DNA of 64,000 nucleotides. It comes from Negaprion brevirostris (Eukaryota). The DNA lies in the NCBI GenBank assembly GCA_030324005.1, contig JARDVH010000042.1:37178660-37242659 (forward strand), given 5' to 3'. The translations under genes and the position numbers were made by a program. The first letter of the stretch is position 1, and every line of letters begins with the position of its first letter. Positions 26,497 to 39,020 of this stretch are shown here, piece by piece. The notes under the pieces were generated by a model, which saw only the letters and a list, made by a program, of their open reading frames with translations, was not told where the DNA came from and did not search any database.

Positions 26497-28192
26497 GGTG
26501 GTCAGTGGTAACATTAGTGGATGAGTATCCAGAGGCTCAGGCTATAATGTTCTGGTGAAAGGGTTCAAATCCCATTATGGCGGCTGGTGAAATTTAAATC
26601 CAATTAATTCATAAATCTGGCTTTAAAAACAAGGCAATGTAAAAACTTGGAATGAACATCCTTGTGACATTTTTAAAATGGTCATAAAACTATCAGATTG
26701 TTGTAAAAAGCTATCTGATCCTTTAGTGATATAAATCTAACCTCCAACCTGGTCTGACCCTGATGTGACTCCCGACCCACTCAATCTCAACTTGTATCTC
26801 AAATGGCAGAGTGAGAAGCCATTCAGTTGTACCAAGTCAATACAGAAAAGTCAAAAAGGAATAAAAGTGGGGGACTGCTCGGCATCAACCTGGGCAGTGG
26901 AAACCACACTGGCATTCACTGCCAACTCCTACAAAGTTCTCCTTACTAATACCTGTGGAGCCTGCGCCCAAAGTGGAGGAGTTGTTCCACACTAGTTAAG
27001 CAACAACTTGGTCATATTCAGTGAACCACACCTAAAAGACAGTGTCCCAGACTTAACAATCACTCCCTCTGTGTATGTCCTGTCTCATTGCCTGTAGTAC
27101 ACAGTCGGGAGGATGTTCCCTGGGTGTCCTCAATATTGACTCCAGATCTCATGAAACCTCATAGCATCATGCCAAACATGCAGATTATCACTAGCCACCT
27201 CCCCTCAGTCGGTGAATCAGTACTCCTTCATGTTGAACACCACTTGGAAGAAGCACTGAGGCTCTCAAGAGCACAGAATATACTCTGGATGTGGAACTTC
27301 AGTGTTCATCACCAACACTGGCTCAGTCACACCATAGAGTCATACAGATTTACAGCATGGAAACAGGCCCTTCGACCCAACTTATCTATGCCACCCTTTT
27401 CTTTTAACCACTAAACTCGTCCCATTTGCCTGCATTTGGCCCATATCCCTCTATATCCATCTGACCCATGTAACTATCCAAATGCTTTTTAAAAGGCTGT
27501 ATCCGCCTCTACTTCTACCTCTGGCAGCTTATTCCAGACACTCACCACCCTCTGTGTGAAAAAGTTGCCCCTCTGCATCCTTTTGTATCTCTATATTCCC
27601 ACCAACATCAGAGCTGACGGAGTCGTGAGAGGGACAGCTTCCAGACTGAGGTGCAGCCAGTGGTGAGGGAACCAGCAAGAGAAGAAAAGCTACTTGACAT
27701 CATCCTCATTGACTGACCTGCTGCAGATGATCTTTCCATGACAATACTGGCAGGACTGACCACCACTCAGATCTTGCAGAGACGAAGGCACATTGTGAGG
27801 ATAGCCTCCATCGTGTTGTGTGGCACTACCATAATGCTAAGTAGGATAGATTCAGAAAAAGGTCAAGCAGCTCAAAACATTTGTGAGATGCTGGGAACTT
27901 CATGCACTCGACTAAACTCAGTAATCTCATGGTCTGATATATCCCTACTCTGCTATCACCACTAAGACAGAAGGATTAACTCTGGTTCAAAGAGGAATGC
28001 AGGAGAGCATGCCAGGATTAGCACCAGACACATTTAGAAATGAAAAGCCAACTAATGAAGGTACAGAAATGTGGTTGACTGTCAGCTGCCCTCTGAAATG
28101 GTGAGCAAGCCACTCAGTTCAAGAGCAACTAGGGATGGGCAATAAATGCTGGCCAGTTAGCAATGCCCATGTCCCACAAATGAATTTTAAAA
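26497..28192 (+). mobile_element. tRNA-headed retroelement with a decayed APE endonuclease and LINE-type tail (interrupted at 27330-27595)
   Basis: A box tggtcagtgg (26499) and B box ggttcaaatccc (26562). Translation KVLLTNTCG...ESVLLHVEHHLEEALRLSRAQNILWMWNFSVHH...VVREPAREEKLLDIIL...GRTDHH gives the APE N-G, GDFN, LD and SDH motifs in degraded form. Tail agggatgggcaataaatgctggcc. Confidence 0.7.
27330..27595 (-). mobile_element. CR1-like LINE 3' end inserted into the previous element
   Basis: catagagtcatacagatttacagcatggaaacaggcccttcg. Same family as 1-197 in the opposite orientation. Confidence 0.8.
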
Positions 28193-28602
28193 ACAACATT
28201 AGGTCGTGATTATTGTATTTTTGTGACACATGAGTCTGTGTTGCTGAAACAATAGATCAATTCTGTAGTTGACACGTTAGTACTTATAACATCAATTTAT
28301 ATTCCAGATACTTTCTTTGCAATTATGGATGGAGCAAGACATGTAAAAAGTTGAGAGTGGTAGTGACCTTGACTGCCACCATTTGTGCTATTGCTGAGTA
28401 GACATTGTTTGCTGCAGATAGCATAATAGCTGTCTCCATGGAGAACCTGAGTTGTTGAAGCAATTTATTGTTGCACATTAGCAAGTACCTCGTGTATTGT
28501 TATCGAGTTATTATATCAAACGAAACGAAATGCAAGAACAAGAGCATGTTTTTATTCTTTAGGCAGGCAATGGTACACTCAGCCTTTCTAATCTGATACC
28601 AC

Positions 28603-29254
28603 AGCCTGAATTTTTTGGATAGCAGTTCTCACATCCCCCTCAGAGTGTTGATATTTGAGTGTCAAGAGCTTGCCGACTGGGCTTCCCTCCCACCTTAGAA
28701 AGCTGCCATCTAATTTGACTGACTGGCAGCTCTCTCATCCCTGCAGTGACAAGAGCTACAGTGGATTGAAGGACAATTGCATGAGGATGCCTGAGATGAA
28801 GTCTGGACATCAGAAGCCAAGGTAAGCTTAATGGGTCTTCGGGCAGGATGGATAAAGAAGGCCTAAAGGATGCATGAAAAGGGTGATTAAGGTCTTGGGG
28901 GAGAGGCTTCGAGGGGAGGGTGGGGTCAGAGTTCTGGAAGCCACAGGACATTAAGTGGGAGAGGGGAAGGTGCCTGACTTCAAAAGAGGTCTTATGATGG
29001 AGGCACCCCACACCACCCTCTCCCACTGGAGATCTAACTTAGGTGATTTCTGGGATTCTCCCATACAAGGTCAATCCTATCACCAGCCTAAAAATTGAGG
29101 CTGGGCAGGAATGACCCTCAAGTGGCCAATGAAGCCTTGCCCATTCCATCATAAAACCCGTGCGTGCTCGGGAGAGGCAGGAACCCGGAGGAAATCCCAT
29201 TCCTTCAATTTTACGCTCCCTGCCCCTTCCTTGGGGGAGCGTGAAATTCTGGTC
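28603..29254. mobile_element. ~650-bp non-autonomous TIR element (Harbinger-like)
   Basis: Ends agcctgaattttt / gaaattctggtc, flanked by cac/cat. Internal similarity to ~38326-39020 and ~57585-58140. Confidence 0.5.
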
Positions 29255-29807
29255 CATAATTTAAAATTTTAGAACCTTCCTGAACAGCTGAGGCTACTTT
29301 GAAAATAATGCATTTGGAGAAAAAGTGCTTTTTTTGGAATGGGGGCGATTCGCCCATCCCACCGTGCTAATTTTTTAGTGCAGTGAGTTGGGAGAATTTC
29401 CAATGATTAAATTGCCACAACTGGGGCATTTTGGACAGCAGTTATGTAATTTCAAGTTTTATTGCTTTCAGTAGCCTGGAAACGATTTTGAAATACCAAG
29501 TTACATGGAGTCAAATTGGGTTGATTTTTCATATTCCCAAAACAAAATGTCATGTTGATTGAACCAAACAACATAAGCAAGAGATCAAAGCATTAGGTTA
29601 TGTCATTGCCCTGCACACTTAGTTGAAATTAAACTCCACATCATTTTTGAGTCAAAGAGCACTCTTGGGAATTTACCTGCAGTTTGACTGACATTTTTTA
29701 TTAAAAATAGCAAACAAAATTATGTATTTTGTATAGACTACATGGTCAGGTCTTCCATCTCATTCAAACTCGATTTTGAATGGTAGTGATTAAAATGATC
29801 CAGAATC

Positions 29808-31080
29808 TTTGAATCCCTACAATGCTAAAGGAGGTCATTTGGCCCACTGAATCTGTACTAATCCTCTGACAGAGCATCTTACCCAGGTCCTATCCTTGTA
29901 ACCCCATATACGTACCCCACTAATCCCCCAACACAAGTTGGGACACTAAGGGGCAAGTGAGAATNNNNNNNNNNTGAGAATGGTCAATCCACATAACCCA
30001 CAAGTTTAGAAACTCATTACAGAATGATAGCAAGGCTACAGTGCAAAAGGAGGCTGCTCTTCAGCCCACTGTGTCTAATCGCAAGAGCAATATACCTATT
30101 CCCACTGCCTGTCCTTTATCCCTTAATCCTGAAGATTTTTTCTTTTCAGTTAATTGTCCAATTCACTTTTGGACATCTTGATTGAACCTGCCTCCACTGC
30201 ATTCTCAGGCAGTACATTCCAGATGTTAACCCCATGCTATAGTAAAAAGGTTTTCCTGATGTCTACTTCTTTCCTTAACTACTATGTCCAAATCCTTCAT
30301 GATTTTGAGGACTTTGTCAAATAACCTTTTACTCTTCTCTTCTCCAAGGAGAATAGACCCAGATTCTCCAATCTATCCACATAACTGAAGTCCTGCATCC
30401 CTGGAAACCTTCTCATGAAACTTCTCTGTATCCTCTTCAAATCCTTCCTGATGTATCATAGAATCCCTGCAATGCAGAAGAGGCCATTTGGCCCAATGGG
30501 TCTACAATGACTTTCTGATAGAGTGTCTTACCCAGGCCCTAACCCTCATGCTATCCCTGTAAATCTACACATTTTCCATGGTTAACCTACATGTCTTGGA
30601 ATATCAACTGGCAATTTAGCATGGCAAATCCACCTAACCCGCACATTCTTTGAGTATGGGAGGAAATTGGAAGTCCCTGGAACTGTAGGGCAGCTGTGCC
30701 ATGTGCTGCTTCTAGAATTCCTTCCCAGAATTGAGGACGACAGTCCAATTGGGGACAAGCCAGTGTTTCAGATAGATTTATTATAGCTTCCTTATTTTTG
30801 TACTCTGTGCTTATATTTATAAATGCAGTATGCTTTATTAACCATTTTCTTAACTTGCTTTCCCATCTACAAAAGTTTGTGCATGCCTACCCATTACTCC
30901 TGCACCCCCCCTCTTTAGAATGGTTTTGTCTCTCGTGTTAACTTTCATCACTCATTGATAAAGTTTATATTTCCTTGTTATTAAATTTCATCTACTAGAT
31001 GTCTGCCCATTCCACCAGCCCAGTTATGTCCTTTTGAAGTTTATCATTACCCTCCCCATAGTTCACAATACTTCAAAGTN
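29808..31080 (-). mobile_element. Decayed CR1 fragment with HE1-like SINE pieces (29808-30005, 30455-30710)
   Basis: gaatccctacaatgc...ggcccactga SINE tails and ctcttctccaaggagaatagacccag CR1 text. Confidence 0.7.
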
Positions 31081-31227
31081 NNNNNNNNNNNNNNNNNNNN
31101 NNNNNNNNNTCTAGCTTAGCTGTAACAGGGGTCCTAACACCAACCATGGTCTTACTGACTAGTGGATAAGGCTCGAGGGACTGAGTGGCCTACCCCTACT
31201 CTTAATTCGTATGTAACTCTGGGGATC

Positions 31228-31523
31228 AGACATGGTGGCACAGTGGTCAGCACTGCTGTCGCACAGCACCAGGAATCTGGGTTCAACTTCCAGCTTGGGT
31301 CGTTGTCTGTGCAGTCTGCACGTTTTCCCCATGTCTGCATGGATTTCTTGTGGTTTCCTCCCACAGTCCAAAAGACGTGCTGGTTGGGTGCATTGGCCGT
31401 GCTAAAATTCTACTTCAGTGTACCTGAACAGGTGCCAGAGTTTGGTGACAAGGGGGTATTCACAGTAACTTCATTGCAGTGTCAATGTAAGCCAATTGTG
31501 ACACGAATAAATAAATAAATAAA
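31228..31523 (+). mobile_element. Full-length HE1-like V-SINE, tail B ending in (taaa)n
   Basis: ggtggcacagtggtcagcactgctg (A box), gggttcaacttcc (B box), V-domain, then ggggtattcacagtaacttcattgcagtg...aataaataaataaataaa. Confidence 0.9.
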
Positions 31524-31739
31524 TCCCACTGGATACCTTGCTCCAGACCAAAAAAACACTGTTCACCTTTACCCTCCGTTTCCTATCACTCCGGCAATTT
31601 CCGTGCTGTCACTATCTCGTTCATTCCATGGGCTTAACCTTCGCTGACAAGCCTGTTATGTGGCACTTTAACAAATGTAATTTGAATCTAATTTTGCCTC
31701 ATAACTCTTCTGTGAAGTGCCTTGGAACATTTAAAAGGT

Positions 31740-32165
31740 GGAGTTGCATTTACACAGCATTTTTCATGATCAAAGTGTCTCAAACTGCTTTACACTTAAC
31801 AAAATACTTTTATGTATTGTCACTGTTGTAATGCAGGAAACACAACAGCCAATTTACACACAGCAAGCTCCCATAAATAGCAATGTGATAATGGCCAGAT
31901 AATCTGTGCTCCTGTTAGGTTGCTCAAGGGCTAAACATTGGCCAGTACAGCAGGGGATCTTCTATGTCCATCCCAACAGGCAGACTGAGTCTTGGTTTAA
32001 CACCTCATCCAAATGAGGGCACTTCTATCAGTGTAGCACTTGTGAAGTACCATCCTGCCAACACGATGCCAACTGTGGTGTTTGTGCTCAAACCCGAGAA
32101 GGGGCCTTGAAACCTGAACTTCATGATTTGGAGGTAAAAGTGCTGTCAACTGAACTAAGGTTAAC
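31740..32165 (-). mobile_element. Deu-domain SINE (SacSINE1/AmnSINE1-related)
   Basis: gtcactgttgtaatgcaggaaac...cagcaagctcccataaatagcaatgtgataatggccagataatctg matches the recalled Deu domain. tRNA-like head at ~32100-32160. Confidence 0.8.
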
Positions 32166-32545
32166 ACAGTAAAGACTCCATGTAAATTTATGTTGTGTTC
32201 TGGTTGATGCTTTGTGTGTCATAGATTCTGCTATAAGTGCCTGGCAAGTTTTAGATGGACATATTCTAATTAGGTGGTAATGACAAAAAAGCACCATACA
32301 TTTTGCATCGTTAGCAATGCCTGTACAGACATTCAGCACAATGCAGCTTACCAGGAAACATTTAATTGTCAGAATTAGTTGTCAAATCAATAGAGAAACT
32401 ATTAATGTGCAGAGCCATCCAGCTATCTTATCGACCGTGCTTTGGAATCAGCAGCTAAGATTATTTCTTTATTCAGGCATTTGAAAGGCACAGAAGTTGC
32501 CATTTCCTGTCAGTATATACAGAGTATTCACTTGTTTCACATAGT

Positions 32546-33400
32546 GGGGGTGATTCTCCCAGCCAGCTGCACTGCTCCAGCAGCACAACAGGCTGGGAGA
32601 CATCAGCGGAGGCGGTTTAGAAGGCTGCCTGCTGGGTGCCGGACTGTGTGCGCTTCCCAGATGAAGGTTTGTAAAGTCAACAGCCCCATGCCGCTGATTT
32701 CCATACTTAAATTACCATTTCAATTCTAATTCGAGACTCTAATCCTGGGCCCATTAGTGTTTCCCCCCACCCTGCCAGGAGTGGTTTACTCCTGTGAGGT
32801 TTACAACAGCTCCCAACTAATGAGGAACTGGCGGCCTGATCCTGCTGGAATGAACAGAAGCCACTGAGGCCCCCCTGGAGATTGGAGGTAAGGGGGGTTG
32901 CCCCTTGGGCAGTGCCAGCCTGTCCTCCTGGCACTATCCAAGGGGCAAAACTGGCACTGCCCACCGGGCATCAGGCAACACAAGGAGTGGGGCCAGAGGA
33001 GGCAGTGCCTATTGGGGGGCAGGACCTGTTGGGGGGAAACACTTGGTAGGGTGGTGGGACCTGTTGCCTCTCTGCATTCGGGATCAGTGACAGAGGGAGG
33101 GAAGGGCTGACTGAGGCTGACTAACTGTGGGGGATGGGTGGGGGGGGGCAGGTGGTCAGGGCTGTCGGGGGGTGTGGGGGAGGGTGGAGGACACTTGGGA
33201 CTGCCAGAAGGTTGGCTGGGGAACATCAATGTTGGCTCAGAGAGGTCCAAGAGACCAGCAATCAGAGGGATGGAGGGTCAGAAGGCCAGCGAAGTGGGGT
33301 CGTGGGTCTGGCCAGCAATCGAGTTGGCCAACAATTGGGAGGGGCTACTGCGCATGCTCCAATCCTCACTCTGACAAATCAGCACATGCACAATGGCTCA
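32546..33400. mobile_element. GC-rich non-autonomous TIR element, right end lost
   Basis: Starts gggggtgattctcccagcc (GGG-type TIR). Internal gggcagtgcca motifs. Confidence 0.55.
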
Positions 33401-33632
33401 CCCAAAGAGTGGTTAGCCTGTTGAATCTGCTATGGGAAGCAGATGAGGTCAAAACATTGCACGTTTTCAAGTAGCAGTTTGATATAGTACTTGATGCGAA
33501 GGGGATCAAAGGATATGGACGAAGTTAGGATCAGGGTATTGAGTTGGATGGATGATCAGCCATGATCATGATGAATGGTGGAGCAGACTCGAAGGGCCAA
33601 ATGGCCTCTTCCAGCTCCTATTTTCTATGTTT
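33400..33632 (+). mobile_element. CR1-like LINE 3' end
   Basis: gggatcaaaggatatgg...gatgatcagccatgatc...gaagggccaaatggcctcttccagctcctattttctatgtttc. Confidence 0.8.
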
Positions 33633-34240
33633 CACAATTATACTAAGGCATTTCAAAAGCAAATTTCCAGATAAGACATAAAAACAGAAAATGCTGGAAA
33701 TACACAGCAGGGAAGGTCATCAACTTGAAAAACATATTATGCTCTCCAGCTGGTTGCAGGTGGGATGTCGTCCTGCAACCTAATGGTATAGATGAGTGGG
33801 GATTTATGGACATGTTCATTTCACTGTGTTTAGCGAGCCCGCCGCTCACTTGTCTTTATTGCCTTGCTGGGAGAGGTTCTCTCCAGCGAGGAAAACATCA
33901 GCTCCCCATGAACAGGAATGGTTATGTTGGCCTCTTTGGTAGAATAGGAGGCCATTGAGGCTCCACAGGGAGGCTGAATGCAAGGTGGGGGTACCTTGGG
34001 CAGTGCCACTCTGGCACCTGGAAAATGCCCACTGGGCAGTGCCAGAGTTGGCACCAACGGGGCCAGGACTAATGGGCTGCGCCAGGCCAGGGCAATGGGG
34101 GCAGATCAATGGGGGAAGGTACAATTCAGCCCATTGACTATATCTCTGAGCAGATGCTGCCTGACCTGCTGAGGAATGGACAAGGCAGTGTGTAAAAATA
34201 AGACCATCTTTCCTTCTGACACATTGCAAATTCTCACACT

Positions 34241-35081
34241 GGGTGGAATTTCGCGAGATTTGTTCTGTTGGGCAAGTTTTCACACCCAATCTTATGCACT
34301 CTGCCTCTAAAAAGATGGGTTAGTCAGTTTCCAGCCAGAGACCTTGTGGCTGGAGCTTAACTCACCAGACAGCCTGTAGAGGGAGGTATTGCGCATATGC
34401 GGACCCGGATGCTCCATATGCATATTAACAGTAGCAGGAGTCTGACAGACAGACCTAGAGCTATCAGACTCCTGCTACTGCAGGTCTCCTCAACTAGCTC
34501 CCTCCCCCAACCCCGCAAGTTGCGGGGGCTCACAGCTCAAGATGCAGTCCCCATTGCTCCCCTCCTCACCTCCAGACTGATCGCCGTTCACCTCCCTCCA
34601 CCACCGAACTCATACAGTGTGGCAGTGGGCACCCCCCCCTTCCCATTCACCCGCTCCCTTTAGCGCCGGTGGCAGGGTGGCATTGTCAATCTGACACTGC
34701 CCAAGGGGCACCCCCCTCCTTGCATTCAGCCTCACTGGGGGGCCTTAATGGCCTCCAGTTCCACTAGCAAGGCCAACATGACTGTTCCCTGTTCATGGGA
34801 TGCAGGTGTTTTCCTCACTAGAGAAAACTTCTCATGGGGAGGACATAAAGGTAAGTGATGCCGGGCTCGCTAAACACATTGAAATGAACATACACGTGAA
34901 TTTAAATAAATGAATCAGCCCCTTGCCATTTCCAGTGAGAAGCTGACCGTGCCGGAAATCCAGGTCTTGTAAAATCGTGCAGGCTTGAAAACCGGTGCCA
35001 TTCACACTAATCGCTTTACGCCCGATTTTACAACATTTTCCCATTGCAAAATGGATGTAAATTGGCCTTAAAATTCTGACC
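34241..35081. mobile_element. 841-bp non-autonomous TIR element with 3-bp TSD (ACT), Harbinger-like
   Basis: act|gggtggaatttc...aaaattctgacc|act. Part of it is homologous, in inverted orientation, to 33807-34010. Confidence 0.7.
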
Positions 35082-35194
35082 ACTGTCTCTGAATGTGAGC
35101 AGGCTCTTCTAAATCAGCTGTGATCCTTATCCAGTGACATTAACCCAACTTTGCTGAAAAAGAGGTGTACTCAGCAAGAAAGAAGAATATTTTT

Positions 35195-35325
35195 TCTATT
35201 TATTCATGGGACATGGAGGTCGCTGGCTGGCCAGCATTTATTGTCCATCTTTAATTGCCCAAGGGCAGTTGAGACTCAACAACATTGCTGTGGCCCTGGA
35301 GTCACATGTAGGCCAGACTAGGTAA
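35195..35325 (-). mobile_element. 3' part of the short (SINE) form of the 26.5-kb element
   Basis: Tail (ggccagcatttattgtccatc) joined directly to body (gggcagttgagactcaac...tggagtcacatgtaggccagac) with no endonuclease between them. Confidence 0.65.
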
Positions 35326-35588
35326 ATTAGAATCATCTTTCACAATTAGTGGAGTCATAACCTTGAAACATTAGTTGTTTTCTCTCTTAAATGGGACATT
35401 TCAACCATCTGGAACTTGATGTGGGTGCCAAAACGGGACCCATTTACTTCAAGTTAAAATTATAGATTGAGTTGGGGTCTTGGCTCGTATGCAGGATAGT
35501 ATGAAGACTCAATGAGAAGGAAGCAGGATTTAAACCACCCCTCACCAATCAGTTTCTGCTGGCTGTGATTGTTAAAACTGGACACTCT

Positions 35589-35714
35589 CGTCAGAATTCT
35601 ACTGCCCCGCCCTCCACGGAATCAAAGTAGGCGGAGGGGCGGACAATAGAAATGTCCGTTTATCTTGGATGGGAATTTCTGCTCTTGCTCGAGCAACTTC
35701 ATAAAATACCGCAG
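35589..35714. mobile_element. ~125-bp MITE family copy
   Basis: Colinear with 59607-59731 (gaattctac..ccacggaa..aggggcggacaa..gaaatgt). Confidence 0.7.
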
Positions 35715-36572
35715 NNNNNNNNNNNNNNNNNNNNNNNNNNNNNNNNNNNNNNNNNNNNNNNNNNNNNNNNNNNNNNNNNNNNNNNNNNNNNNNNNNNNNN
35801 NNNNNNNNNNNNNNGCAGTGTGAGACAGTAGAGCATTACTTCCAGAAAGATGGGTATTTTGAGCAGAAAACCTAGACTTGTTTATCTGAAAATAACAATG
35901 CAGCTAAAAACATTTCATTACAAATCGGAACAAAATGATGTAGAAGGGAGATTAAGTGATTAATTCTGAAAGTACATAAGGTCGAATCATATCTGCCTTA
36001 TCTCCAAATCTGAAGAAATAAATTGCGGTTTGTTGTAAGAGTGAATGAACAGATTTAGTGAAGGGGGGCATAGATCTTAAATCCCTGCATTAGAGTAGAA
36101 GAATGCAGGCTAGTTAAATGCTTATACCCAGTGAAATTTACACAGCCCAAAGACTTGTGATCCGCAGAACTTGCCGGCAAGGTTATTTGCTTGTTGGGAG
36201 AAGGAATGGTCTCTAGCAATGCAGCAATGGCAGCCAAGCTTTTGGGTGAAAGGTTTCATAATAAAAGATTGGAAATTAAACAACATTCTGTATACTGACT
36301 AACTGTATAAATAGTCTACGGCTGTACCATGGTGGAGAGAGCTGTATTAGAATGCTCTCCCTGCGACAGCAATATCGGACGAAAGTGCCCTCCATGTTTG
36401 AATCATGAATAAATGATTGTAACCTCTCCTTGGATCTCCTGTGGTCAGTTGGAAGAAGTCCACCAGAACACTGTCATCATAGAGTTAATGTTCCTGACAT
36501 TCAAGACTAAATTTATTGGAAACAGATTTAATACAAATCTTAAACTCCACTCATTCCCAAGATACACATTGT

Positions 36573-36700
36573 GGGTGGGATTTCACGGCCTTGCTCGACC
36601 CAAAACCATAAAATCCTGCCTGAGGTCAATGGACCTTTCCACGTTCCGCACCTTGCCCGCTCTGATTCCTGCGGCAGGCAGGGCAATAAAATTCCGGTCC
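36573..36700. mobile_element. ~125-bp MITE family copy
   Basis: gggtgggatttcacggcc...aaaattccggtcc, colinear with 53741-53866. Confidence 0.7.
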
Positions 36701-36709
36701 AAGTGTCAA

Positions 36710-37365
36710 GTCATTGCTCAGTTGATAGCACTNNNNNNNNNNNCACACCATTCTGGGTTTAAGTCCCAATATTGGATGGAGCACAAAAATCAAAGCCGAA
36801 ACTCCAGTGTAATAAAGAGGGAACACTGCACTGCAAGTGCCAGTTTTTGGATGAAATTTTAAACTGGTGTGCTTGGATGGATGTAAAAAAATCCCACTGC
36901 AATGTTTCACAGAAGAGCAGCGTGTTATCCCTGGTGCCCTGGTCAATATTTATCCCTCAATCACTGTCACAAAAAAAATAGACTGGCAAGAATTCTCTGG
37001 CTGTTCACGCTGGCGGGATTCTCTACTCCCGCTGGCAGCGCACCCCTGCCCGTGGGTTTCCTGCCAGCATGGGGTGACGTCAATGGGAATTCGCAATGAC
37101 AGCAGCAGGACCAGAGAACTCTGCTGCAAGGAAACAATGTGCCACCTCCTGCCAGTGAGAAACACACAGCTAGGATGCTGGAAAACCTCGCCCAATATCT
37201 GGTCTTTGACATGTTGTTGATGTGGCTTTGCTGAGTGCATCTTTGCTGTTGTGATTCTTACATCGCAACAGTGACTGCAGTTCAGAAAGGACTTGATTAG
37301 CTCTGAGGGCTTTGAGGCGTTCGGTGATCACGAAAAGCAGTCGAGAAATGCAAATCTTTCCTTTT
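36710..37365 (+). mobile_element. Deu-domain SINE (SacSINE1-like), split by a MITE at 36985-37193
   Basis: ggatgtaaaaaaatcccactgcaatgtttcacagaagagcag...ccctggtcaatatttatccctcaa, then the MITE, then atctggtc...aacagtgact...aaatgcaaatctttc. Confidence 0.8.
36985..37193. mobile_element. ~200-bp MITE inserted into the Deu-SINE
   Basis: ggcaagaattctc...ggaaaacctcgccc. Flanks act/aat are a degenerate 3-bp TSD. Confidence 0.7.
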
Positions 37366-38325
37366 CATCATTGTAAGTCCCTACTTTCATTTCAAAGACC
37401 AACATTTGGAATCATTTACAACCACAGGTATGTTGCAATGAACTTATAGCCTGTGGAAACTGCAGTTGCGCAAGGACTTAGAGAGCAAACATGACTGATG
37501 TTGAAAATTATTGAAACACACACACACACACAAAATCTATTGATTGAGGTGTTGCTACCTAACAAACCACAATGGAGAACAGGGAGAGGCTGAGGGAAAT
37601 AGAATGTGGGGGGTGGGAGGGGGGATAGGGTTTGGGACAAACTTAGATTAATAAATTAAGATCAAAAGGAAAATATTAAATGAAAAGATTGGCCATTTAA
37701 ACTACCTTGACCCTAACATTGTACAATTTGATGCACTGTGTTTCACCCATGCAATTTCATCTCCTGAGGAAAGTTGCTATGAAATTAGTTCCTGCTCCCG
37801 TTCTTAAAGGAGGAAAGTGCAGAATTCCAATGCTAACCAGAGATTACTCATCCCTGACCAATTAGCTTCCTGGAACTTCTTAGAACTTCTGAAGCCCAGG
37901 AGTTCAGGAATCATAGTGCTTCCACACTGCGGTTGATTATCTATTTAATTAAACTAATAAATAGTTAGCAGATATTTTAATTACACGGGCCTTCAGCCCA
38001 TCTGTCAATTTTTAAGTCTGCAGGGGTGCATGCACCAGCCAATTATTAATCTTGTAAACAAATCGGCTTCTGTTCCTAATGAAACAGAACAAACAACGTT
38101 TCTGTAATATCTGTGTGCTGAATTAAATAAGGGCGATGCTAAATATTACATGCAATCTTTAGATATAAAATCCATACAATGACCAGGTTGATCTCTCTCC
38201 TCTTATGAGGTTATATACAAAATATAGATTGGGCTTTACAAATAACTCCGTTGAAATCATAGGGATTCTGCAATTCAACTTGCTTCAAAGCAATGACAAG
38301 TCTCCTTTGCACCTTTAAACTTATT

Positions 38326-39020
38326 GGGCGGAATCTTGTGGAGGCAATGGAAGGCTTCAGAGCCGATGACAATTCTGCATCACCTCTTTTTAATAAGGCC
38401 ACTACATTTCATGCCACTCAAGCACTTAGTAGTTCAACTGTGGGCTTTCTGCCCGCAGGGTTGGTGGTCCCTGCCAGAGCTGTGAGCCATTCAGAGGTTG
38501 GCAGCCCCACTGAACGGCAATGCCCATCGGGGAGATGGTGGCTGCTGCTGGTACTAATCGCACCTGAAGGCCTTGGATCAAAGAACGAAGCATCCAGGCA
38601 CAGGTGAGAGATGGTAAGAGGGGGTACAGACGGTGAAGGTCATGGGGAAGGGGTGGAGAAAGGATTCACCAGCAAGGACAGGTGGATGGCTTCCATAGGC
38701 CTCCCCATCTGCCCATTTGTGACACTGGGTCCCTCTTTGAACATGGGAAGCCCCACTTCGGGAGAGCACAAGCAAACCCATCAGAATTGGTTTATCATAC
38801 AACGTGCATTGTGAGCCCTCCTGTCTGCCATTGGATTAAAATGAAGTCCTTAAGTGAGCATTGATTGCTGACTTAAGAGCCTCAGCTGGTGGTGGAATGG
38901 GAAGTCCAGCTATAGATCTTTCCGCTATGGAGTTGGTCAGGATGGAGGTGAAAAGGTGGCAGGGTCCTTCCACCTGATTAAGTGTTCCCCACCATCAAAC
39001 ACACCACTGTACAGACCACA
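38326..39020. mobile_element. Old non-autonomous TIR element (right end uncertain)
   Basis: Starts gggcggaatctt. GC-richer than its flanks and resembles 28603-29254. Confidence 0.45.

Noticed and set aside
33680-34175. aaaacagaaaatgctggaaatacacagcagg and cagatgctgcctgacctgctgag as a possible hairpin RNA
   Set aside because: Resembles the split ends of a common palindromic shark repeat. Too short and degraded to call.
32707-34289. Cluster of overlapping Pro/Gly-rich ORFs
   Set aside because: By-product of GC-rich non-autonomous elements. No domain motifs or splice structure.
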